A stretch of 63,190 nucleotides of DNA, the filler included, from Octopus bimaculoides (lineage: Eukaryota), in NCBI RefSeq assembly GCF_001194135.2. It is 7 parts of 7 records of this genome, joined end to end, with 100 filler letters (N's around TTAATTAATTAA, not from the genome) between each part and the next. Parts side by side here need not be neighbours in the genome. Positions count along the whole stretch, not along the records: positions 44,306 to 59,569 come from NC_068990.1; positions 59,670 to 63,190 come from NC_068992.1; 5 more parts are not named here. One strand, given 5' to 3'. Within the stretch, counting starts at the first letter, position 1, and each line of letters begins with the position of its first letter. Below the pieces are notes generated by a model. The model saw nothing but the letters and a program-made list of their open reading frames with translations. It made no database searches and was not told where the DNA came from. A program made the translations under genes and the position numbers. This document shows positions 53,569 through 63,190 of this stretch, one piece after another.

Positions 53569-54256
53569 NNNNNNNNNNNNNNNNNNNNNNNNNNNNNNNN
53601 NNNNNNNNNNNNNNNNNNNNNNNNNNNNNNNNNNNNNNNNNNNNNNNNNNNNNNNNNNNNNNNNNNNNNNNNNNNNNNNNNNNNNNNNNNNNNNNNNNNN
53701 NNNNNNNNNNNNNNNNNNNNNNNNNNNNNNNNNNNNNNNNNNNNNNNNNNNNNNNNNNNNNNNNNNNNNNNNNNNNNNNNNNNNNNNNNNNNNNNNNNNN
53801 NNNNNNNNNNNNNNNNNNNNNNNNNNNNNNNNNNNNNNNNNNNNNNNNNNNNNNNNNNNNNNNNNNNNNNNNNNNNNNNNNNNNNNNNNNNNNNNNNNNN
53901 NNNNNNNNNNNNNNNNNNNNNNNNNNNNNNNNNNNNNNNNNNNNNNNNNNNNNNNNNNNNNNNNNNNNNNNNNNNNNNNNNNNNNNNNNNNNNNNNNNNN
54001 NNNNNNNNNNNNNNNNNNNNNNNNNNNNNNNNNNNNNNNNNNNNNNNNNNNNNNNNNNNNNNNNNNNNNNNNNNNNNNNNNNNNNNNNNNNNNNNNNNNN
54101 NNNNNNNNNNNNNNNNNNNNNNNNNNNNNNNNNNNNNNNNNNNNNNNNNNNNNNNNNNNNNNNNNNNNNNNNNNNNNNNNNNNNNNNNNNNNNNNNNNNN
54201 NNNNNNNNNNNNNNNNNNNNNNNNNNNNNNNNNNNNNNNNNNNNNNNNNNNNNNNN

Positions 54257-54328
<72 letters not shown>

Positions 54329-54821
54329 CTGTGTATGTATAACTCATCTACAGAAGTGGAGTCGTCATTATCTTCGCTGCAGTCAATCATTTTAGCTTAT
54401 TTCTAACACTCACACCTTTGAGTTTATTTCGAAGTCCTCTTTCCTGTGGTCATTATTTTTGTATTTTGTGTTGGCGCCAAAATCGAAGCCTCATAATCAT
54501 ATGCACTTGTTATAATGGTCGTATAATGGTCGCAAAAATATTGATTTATCGATCAATAGAGAATGTAACTAAAACTATTGTCATTAGAACATCACAATTT
54601 GTTTCTCATGGACTGAAATTATAATTCTCTCGTTATGGACATATGGTGAATAGTTTAAATACTAACTTTGTGTAAACTAAGGAAAGGTGACATCTGATGT
54701 TTTGTGCCGTTAAAGAAAATCATTACTGTTTACCGATTATAAAGATAGAATCGCTACAGCTAAAGGTTGAAGCTTAAAGTATTTATATTCTGTACTTTCT
54801 ACTACCATGTCTTTTAATTTT

Positions 54822-54958
54822 CAGAGTCGATTAACTATCGAGTATCAGTCAATTTAATCGACCGTTTCCAGCTACTTGTGTTGAAAAAACATTATTATTA
54901 CTGGGGTTAATGAAATCGACTGGACTCGGTGGCCTTGTGCCAAAATTTGAAATCATCA

Positions 54959-55028
<70 letters not shown>

Positions 55029-55202
55029 CATTATTGAGGTGGCAAATTCCGCTGAGTTCAGCTTTACCTTTCATTCTTTCGGGGTCGATAAATTATGTAC
55101 GAGTGAAAAAACTGGGGTCGATGTAATCGACTAATCCCCTCCCCACAAATCTGAATCTTGTGCCTCTAGTAGAAAAGATTATTATTATTATTATTATTAT
55201 TA

Positions 55203-55281
<79 letters not shown>

Positions 55282-55495
55282 AGCAGCGAGTTGACAGAAT
55301 CGTTAGCCGCACTGGACGAAATAACGATATTTCGTCCGTCTTCACATTCTGAGTTCAAATTCCGCCGAGGTCGACTTTGCCTTTCATCCTTTCGGGGTCG
55401 ATGAAATAAGTTCCAGTCGAGTACTGGAGTCGATAGAATCGACTGGTCTCTTCCCACCAAATTTCAGTCCTTGCGCCTATAATAGAAAGGATTAT
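54822..55495 (+). mobile_element. Three stacked SINE family A copies separated by (ATT)n tails
   Basis: Copies at about 54822-54955, 55036-55185 and 55282-55495, each followed by an ATT array or remnant. Confidence 0.8.
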
Positions 55496-55989
55496 TATTG
55501 TTAATGTTCGTCTATGGACGCGTATTTCGCATCGATCCCGTAAGTTTGTTGCTATGTGTAGTTACACATTCTTGTATATTGTACACTTGTCACTGCTAAA
55601 TAGAGAAACTAACCAGAGCGTTTGGGGGATGGTTAGGGTTTTCTTCATTTGTAGCCCTTAGGGACTGAAAAAAGAGAGATGGTGGACGATAGTTGTTCGT
55701 CCACTGAGAAGACATCCGGTCATCTGCACAACAGAACAACCAAATCGTAAAAGTCAGTGACAGCATTAGCAGCAGCTTCAGAAGCAGCAGCAGCAGCAGC
55801 AGCAGCAGCAAAAACAACAATAACATCATCATCATCGTCACTACCACAAACATCTACAAAAACATAAAAGAAAAATCAAGTGCAACGACAATGTCATTAC
55901 CACCACCACCACCACCATCGCAAAACACAACCAAAGTAAAGATAACTGTGAGCAAAACTATGGGGAAAGAAAAGAACCCCCCCCCCCAC

Positions 55990-56190
55990 ATAGTTCCGGT
56001 TCATCCGATCAACAGAACAGCCTGCTCGTGAAATCACAGGCAGATTCAGAATGACAAAGGCACAACTCATTTTTGTCAGTTGAGAGGACTGGAGCAACGT
56101 AAAATGCCTTGCTCAAGGTCACAACGCACCACTGGGAATCGAATTCACATCCTTACGATCTCGAGTAGAACACACCAGTCACAAAGCCAC
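55990..56190 (-). mobile_element. SINE family C
   Basis: ggactggagcaacgtaaaatgccttgctcaaggtcacaacgcacc...gggaatcgaattcac. Confidence 0.7.
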
Positions 56191-56267
56191 GAAAATTCAA
56201 ATTATCAGAGTTAAGGTATTATTCACCCCCTAGTTGTTTCTGATTGCAAATCTGACGTTTTATCAAT

Positions 56268-56465
56268 AAAATTCTTTCTAACTTTAGATCAAGGTGGAAA
56301 TTCTGAAAGACATGTGGTAAGTCAATTACATCGACTCCAGGACCCGAATGGTGTTTATTTTGTTGGTTCCGAAAGGATGAAAGGCAAATGCGACTTCGGC
56401 GAGATTCCAAATACCGCAAAACATTTTTCACCGACGACCTTAACAATTCAGCCAGCTTGTCGCTT
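56268..56465 (-). mobile_element. SINE family A
   Basis: gtcaattacatcgactccag...gaaaggatgaaaggcaaatgcgacttcggcgagattc. Confidence 0.7.
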
Positions 56466-57408
56466 TCCTTTTCTCAATAAGCTTAGCGCCATTAATGTAC
56501 TCAATCGACTCTACATCGGCCATCTAGATTCTACGTATAGATTCAACGTCTAGGCTTAATAGTGGTGGTCAATCTATCAAATGTTTGTATCCAGCCGCAA
56601 AGCTACCTCGCGCCTCTTGTAAGAAATTCAACTCTCACCGACACAGCCCATTCATACAGGAAATCTTACAATGAGAACAGACATGTAAATAGTACAATCG
56701 CAGTATAATTAACATGTCTGTTCTCATTTCGACTTCTGTGTTGAGTTGAAATACACATATAGGTTAAATCGGTAATTGACTGGTGTTTTATCTTGGGTTA
56801 CTAAGTCATGTAACGTCATAAATACTACTTTTAACTACAATTATCATAACAACTTCATGAAAATAAATCGAAAAAAAACCCCACTAGCTATAAATCAGTA
56901 AACATTAAATGATTGATTACAGACAAATTTAGCCGATCAAATCTGTAGTATCACCTGCGTAAGATTCAATTTCATTATGATAGATTATTTGAAAATCTAA
57001 TGAAAGGATAAATCAGGAACTTATCTAAAGCTGAACATTTTAAGGATAAATAGTTAGAAAGAATAAAGCTTTGATTAGTATGAGACCCAAAGGAAATATC
57101 TCTTATCGAGATTTTCATTTTTTTTTCTGTTACACGAACCGTAATTATAGGAAATTATCTGTGAAAAGTTGAATGCAGAAAGTAAAATAAATTATTTCGT
57201 TTGAGAAGCGGTCATAACTCTTACCATAATTATAGACTTTTAGTTAATCATATGTACACAAATTGTTGGGGACAGAGACGATAACAACGTGATATTAATG
57301 TCTGTTTTTAGGAGCATTGGTAGTAAATGAAGACCAAGTCGTGGATACTTGTCTCTTCCTTATCTCCTATCACTGAATACTAATGTTAACAAGATATATC
57401 TCATATTA

Positions 57409-57703
57409 GAACACAAGTGTTCTAATGAAGCGCCTGAGCAGTGGTACGCCACCTTTACACGAAAAGCGAAAGACCAGACGCTCCACTCCTGTCAGACCCG
57501 AACTGGGACAATGCAGGACGCTCAGGTGGTAATTGATAACAGCCACACTGTAGGCGTTCGTGACACATGCCCGACCTTTCAACTACCACAGTATTTTCAT
57601 TGTTTAGTCACAGGGGTTCAGGGAGATACAGAAAAATACGAAACCTTCATTGGAGAGTTTATAAAGGACAGACTATATAATGACAAAGGAAAGGGTGAAA
57701 GAC
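57409..57703 (+). CDS. Non-repetitive open frame of about 100 codons; exon or TE relic, unidentified
   Basis: HKCSNEAPEQWYATFTRKAKDQTLHSCQTR...FIGEFIKDRLYNDKGKGER. Possible tattAG acceptor and GTATGT donor. No family recognised. Confidence 0.25.
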
Positions 57704-57710
57704 GTATGTA

Positions 57711-57761
<51 letters not shown>

Positions 57762-57763
<2 letters not shown>

Positions 57764-57919
57764 GAGAATATACAAAAAATAACAACAGACGAGGACAGGT
57801 GGTGTAAATAACAAAAGTATATATTAGTATGACGCTCGGGAATACGGAAAGTCTTTGACGTTTCGAGCTACGCTCTTCAACAGAAAGAATACGGAGACAA
57901 GGAGAAAAACACGGAGAAA
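57762..57919 (-). mobile_element. Family E short non-autonomous element
   Basis: Same layout as 9595-9783. Runs into a gap at 57920. Confidence 0.65.
57851..57890 (-). ncRNA. Minimal type I hammerhead ribozyme-like motif, A6U core variant (family E); most intact copy
   Basis: Minus strand reads at-TCTTT-CTGTTGA-A-GAGC-gta-GCTC-GAAA-CG-TC-AAAGA-c. Stem I is TCTTT/AAAGA (5 bp), stem II is GAGC/GCTC, stem III is the palindrome ACGT, and the predicted GUC cleavage lies between 57857 and 57856. It departs from the CUGANGA consensus at position 6 and has an extra A after A9. Confidence 0.7.
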
Positions 57920-58897
57920 NNNNNNNNNNNNNNNNNNNNNNNNNNNNNNNNNNNNNNNNNNNNNNNNNNNNNNNNNNNNNNNNNNNNNNNNNNNNNNNNN
58001 NNNNNNNNNNNNNNNNNNNNNNNNNNNNNNNNNNNNNNNNNNNNNNNNNNNNNNNNNNNNNNNNNNNNNNNNNNNNNNNNNNNNNNNNNNNNNNNNNNNN
58101 NNNNNNNNNNNNNNNNNNNNNNNNNNNNNNNNNNNNNNNNNNNNNNNNNNNNNNNNNNNNNNNNNNNNNNNNNNNNNNNNNNNNNNNNNNNNNNNNNNNN
58201 NNNNNNNNNNNNNNNNNNNNNNNNNNNNNNNNNNNNNNNNNNNNNNNNNNNNNNNNNNNNNNNNNNNNNNNNNNNNNNNNNNNNNNNNNNNNNNNNNNNN
58301 NNNNNNNNNNNNNNNNNNNNNNNNNNNNNNNNNNNNNNNNNNNNNNNNNNNNNNNNNNNNNNNNNNNNNNNNNNNNNNNNNNNNNNNNNNNNNNNNNNNN
58401 NNNNNNNNNNNNNNNNNNNNNNNNNNNNNNNNNNNNNNNNNNNNNNNNNNNNNNNNNNNNNNNNNNNNNNNNNNNNNNNNNNNNNNNNNNNNNNNNNNNN
58501 NNNNNNNNNNNNNNNNNNNNNNNNNNNNNNNNNNNNNNNNNNNNNNNNNNNNNNNNNNNNNNNNNNNNNNNNNNNNNNNNNNNNNNNNNNNNNNNNNNNN
58601 NNNNNNNNNNNNNNNNNNNNNNNNNNNNNNNNNNNNNNNNNNNNNNNNNNNNNNNNNNNNNNNNNNNNNNNNNNNNNNNNNNNNNNNNNNNNNNNNNNNN
58701 NNNNNNNNNNNNNNNNNNNNNNNNNNNNNNNNNNNNNNNNNNNNNNNNNNNNNNNNNNNNNNNNNNNNNNNNNNNNNGGGGGAGTACGAGAGAAGAGAGT
58801 GAGAGAGAGTAAGAGAGAGGAGAGAAAGAGTAGGGGTGAAGAGAAGTGGGAGTGGAGAGAAGTATATATATATATACATACATATATATATACATAT

Positions 58898-59200
58898 ACG
58901 TGGTCTGATCTGTAAGTTTCCGGACTGTTGTCATAGCAACGAAGCTAAAGCATGTGGAGTAAATCCGCTTGGCAGAGATTGACCTTGAACTTGTGCACCA
59001 AATTTTAACGTTCTAGCTCACTTCCATTGTTTACAGCAGTGCATGGAAGGAAGGTTTGTAGCGTGTGATTATCGCATTGACCATGACAGAGAGAGTTGAG
59101 CAGAGAATCTGCATCAAAGTTTGCCAAAACTTTCACGATGCCTGCTTAGACGCCTACGCAAAGTTTTCAAAAAGTGTTCATCGTTCTCGACACAATTAAT
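58898..59200 (+). mobile_element. Mariner 5' fragment
   Basis: TIR-like tacgtggtctgatctgtaagtttccggactg, then MTERVEQRICIKVCQNFHDACLDAYAKF. Confidence 0.8.
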
Positions 59201-59568
59201 GAGATCTTGTGATATTGAATGAAACCCGAGTATGTTTTTGGTCCGATGAGAGCAGTTTTCGCACAAACTTGACATCTATGAGTCTCAGACCCAAATCGTC
59301 AGTGATAATAGAGTAAACTGAACCATAACTGATCTGCACATCCTCTGAAAACTCAGGGACGGTGATCCGACGATTTCCCTTCACAGCTGCATGCACATCT
59401 GCGATGTTTTTCTCAGTTCTGCTGGCTGCCGGCCGTCAATATCGACATTTCTCGGCCATCTTGGAAACGTCCGAACCATTCGTACATTTCTGTGCCCCTC
59501 ATACACTCCTCTCCATACACTTTCTGCAACTTTACGCAGGCCTCTGAGCAGGTATCACATGTTCTTAT
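59200..59568 (-). mobile_element. Mariner transposase fragment, same family, opposite strand
   Basis: DTCSEACVKLQKVYGEECMRGTEMYEWFGRFQDGRE...NRRITVPEFSEDVQISYGSVYSIITDDLG...KFVRKLLSSDQKHTRV. Runs into a gap. Confidence 0.85.
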
Positions 59569-59882
59569 ANNNNNNNNNNNNNNNNNNNNNNNNNNNNNNN
59601 NNNNNNNNNNNNNTTAATTAATTAANNNNNNNNNNNNNNNNNNNNNNNNNNNNNNNNNNNNNNNNNNNNATTCACCTTAGAGGTATTATTAAAATATAGA
59701 TATGCAGGGCAGGGAATCGTCAATTAGTAATAAAATTAATAATTAACTATTTTGCCGGGTAGCTCAGTATGAAAAAACCTTTTCGGTAAAAAACATTTAT
59801 AATCATAAATATATAGGGATTGACAGTAACCTGCTTCTCCAACATACTGAGAATTCAGAAATAGCAGTCAAGGAACTACTGA

Positions 59883-60077
59883 TTTCAAAACTACAAATTA
59901 TTACTCCAGATTGATAGCGATATTTTTGATACACACAGAACAAAAAACAGTAGAGAAGAGTAAAAAAACCACCTGCCTTTAGTTAATTTAGTACGATCGT
60001 TTCACAGTTAAGAGTAAAATTCTGTGTATATCAAAAATATCGCTATCAATCTGGAGTAATAATTTTTAGTTTTGAAA
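59883..60077. repeat. 58-bp near-perfect inverted repeat with 79-nt spacer
   Basis: 59883-59940 versus 60020-60077, two mismatches by manual comparison. Confidence 0.9.
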
Positions 60078-61183
60078 CGATCCACAAAACAATGCCTAAA
60101 AATGTTTTGTATAAAGCAAACGTACAGTTATATATGCAGTTCCTGTGTTGTTTGATTTTAAAAACGTCTTCGCACACATTGTGCTGAAACTGCTCGAAAT
60201 AGAAATAGCGCTGCTGCGCGTCACTTTAGCAAAGAAAACTCTATAATAAATATTCCATAGATACACTCAGCCCGTGGTAACCTCTTCACTCTTTCCTAGA
60301 AAGCAGAAATATCTGCACAAAGCTCTTCGGGGAAGCCTTCAAAAATCTACTGAAGGATTATAGTAAAACCAGAAGAAAGTACATGCATACTATGAAATAT
60401 TAAGCAATGCACGAGAATACAGTATTATAATCAACGTGATACCCAACGCTCACATGACTCAAGTTTGATCTGCCATTGATTGCCAGCCTATTCTATAGTG
60501 TCTGCGATCGTAGAGCGCAAAATAAGGTCTCTAATTAATTTCTGCGTCGAGGAGTAGACGTCTTCAAGAAGAATGACTTAGATCTTACGACTTTTCATAG
60601 AAGTATCGATCAACGCGACTAAACTATATAATCATCTGTATATCAAATCCATGCATAGATGCCTGTACAAACAGACATACAGACACACACACGCGCGGAC
60701 ATACATACTTACACATATGGACACATAAATAGAAATATCTGTATAAATGTATATGTATATGTATATATGTATCTTTTCATTTATCTATATATGTGTGTGA
60801 GAGTGGATGTGTATGCATGTATGTGTATATACATTCATACAAATACTTACATACATACGTATATGTATACATGTATACACACATGCATACAAATATGCAT
60901 ACATACATTTGATATATACATATATACATATAACTACATGCATAGATGATGGCTTAAAAGGAGCAAGCGTAAGAAGTACAAATTACATACGAACGAGTAT
61001 TATTATATTCATTCGGCTGCTATTATTTTTACCGACACGTGACCTCGTGTCGCCGGAGCAACCAGGTATCTGAGTGACTTTACGGAGAATAAGAGGAGAC
61101 AGGTTCTGTAATAGAAATCCCTTTCTATTAATACAAGTTATTCAAAAACGTCTGAATTGGTTACGTCAACACACAGAGCATAT

Positions 61184-61370
61184 ATGAGGTAGTATTTAAA
61201 AATTTCCCGGAGTACTTCTGTCAGCACACAGCTTCGTGTTCAATGAAAGCAAGCAGTGACTTTCATGAAGCCGTGTGCCGAGTGAAATCGCTCTGTTTCC
61301 TTTGCATATTGTGAAATTTGGGTTTTTGTGATCACACGTATGCTGTAGCCTGCGATTTTTGTCATGTATT
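61184..61370 (+). mobile_element. Mariner 5' end fragment
   Basis: tatgaggtagtatttaaaaatttcccggag...tgtgaaatttgggtttttgtgatcacacgtatgctgtag resembles the UTR of the 27470-28003 element. Confidence 0.55.
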
Positions 61371-62697
61371 GCAGCATTAGGAGACTATTTCCAAGGAGAA
61401 GATGTTAAAATTTAGGTAAATGGATCACTTTTTAGTGAACATAACTAGTCCAGGAACTTCTTGAATTTCCTAAACTCATACATTCCCCAAACTCTGTTTT
61501 TCTATCATCACTTTGCGTAACAGACCTTAGTAACCAATTATTAGTATTAAAGTTACTAAAACATATGAAAATAATCTACTTTCTTCTGAAGGATGTGATT
61601 GAAATAACAAAATTATTTCAAGTATTACAAGCATCAGTTAATGAAAACTAAAAATATATAAACTCCTTGAACATAGAATTTATGTGATTCATTCACATGT
61701 TTATACTTTTGAGAAATGTGCTATCCAAATATTGCTATTTAATAAATAATAGCCGATATAAATTGTATTTAACTTATTCTCAGGTCACACTATATTCCCT
61801 CTTAAGAGGGAGAGAAAGTAAAACAGTACACAGAGATAGATGATTGAGGAGTTACAGGACGAATGCCCATACTAGGCTTTGTGGCAGCTATGAGTCATAA
61901 TATGCCAAACACACAAATTAGAGAGAAATAAATTATAGATCCACAGAAAAGGGAATAGAAATATCCGTAACAGCAGCAAAGGCAACTGGAGTAGGACCAA
62001 CAGAAGGAAGTAAATACGACACCAACTGGATGCGTCAGCGCTGGAACAGCTCTAAAAGTATAAATATTTATTGCAACGAGTATTTTTGTTAGAAGCCTTA
62101 TAAGTAAGCTGTTTATTAATAGAATAATTTTGTTTGTACTTCCTTTCGTTTTTGCATTAATCACGAGAATATTCCTATACTTAAGAATCTATTGTACATT
62201 GTCATAATTGCTAAAATAATACTAAATGCACTTTTGTTCATTGTTACAATTGCTAAAATAATACTGAATGCACATTTGTTCTATATGTATTATCTAGACA
62301 TGTAGCATAATCGAAATGAATATTGTTCATTTTTTATGAAATAACCCATGTTAGAAAAGTATTCTTCCAGAGCGTACTGTCATATAAGATTAGAACTCAA
62401 GTTAAAAAGATATTGTTTAATTAACGACAAACTACGAAAAAGGACAAACCTGTAAATTAAGTAATCTACTAAGGAAGTCTGCTTCACATAGTAACGTACC
62501 GGTGCTAATAATTGAGAAATGATGCAGGGTATATCTAGGAAGAGCGGTAGCACACCGTTGATGAGGCAAGACAACTCTTTTTTTTTTCTACCCCGTTCAT
62601 TTGTAGCTTAAAGAGAATTTGAATGCATTTTAATTTCAACCACAGTGAGGCTTGGAAAATTACTTAAGTCCTGAATGATGCCATATAAATCATTATA

Positions 62698-62730
62698 TGT
62701 TGAAGAGCGTAGCTCGAAACGTCAAAGACT
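62698..62730 (+). ncRNA. 5'-truncated hammerhead-like motif, family E
   Basis: TGTTGA-A-GAGC-gta-GCTC-GAAA-CG-TC-AAAGAC is identical to the 57851 copy from U4 onward. C3 and the 5' strand of stem I are absent. Confidence 0.55.
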
Positions 62731-63190
62731 TTCTTTATTCCCGAGCGTNNNNNNNNNNNNNNNNNNNNNNNNNNNNNNNNNNNNNNNNNNNNNNNNNNNN
62801 NNNNNNNNNNNNNNNNNNNNNNNNNNNNNNNNNNNNNNNNNNNNNNNNGAATAGCACTATTTGTGTGTGTGAGTGTGTGTGTGTGTGTTTGTGTGTGTGC
62901 GTTTTTTGTGTGTGATAATCAGTTATATGTACGTTGCGCTTACTTAGAGATTGAATGAACGTACCTTTTAAAGATTGAGATAAAGAAAGGAATTAATTGA
63001 ATGACACAGAAATCTCTGTAAGATGCCGTCATAGTGGCGTAGTCAGATGCTTCCCAAATACAGAGGATTTTGGTGAGAAAACATTTAAGAGAGATTTTAC
63101 CTATTTATGAATACCTTTTTGAAATTGCGTAGAAATGATCTGCCTCACTCTGGTTACAAGCACTGACGTTATATATATATATATATATAT

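Overview
AT-rich, microsatellite-saturated eukaryotic draft-genome sequence with many N gaps. The SINE families and composition suggest an octopus or related cephalopod (my inference from recall, not a database result). Almost all ORFs in the supplied track are artefacts of simple repeats or N runs. Supported content: several dozen copies of four tRNA-headed SINE-like families (my labels A-D), Tc1/mariner relics and MITEs, a 5'-truncated RTE LINE, a tandem Helitron-like cluster, several foldback structures, and 4-5 candidate exons of an unidentified minus-strand gene. No complete gene, tRNA gene, rRNA or CRISPR array can be supported. The most notable signal is at least 8 intact-to-decayed minimal type I hammerhead-ribozyme motifs (CUGANGA-A, stem II, GAAA, palindromic ACGU, H) of the kind known from Penelope-like retroelements. 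They occur in a tRNA-headed SINE-like element arranged head-to-head (2424-3210) and in a short non-coding family that consistently carries a non-canonical U at core position 6. Repeat boundaries are approximate and all alignments and folds were done by eye.
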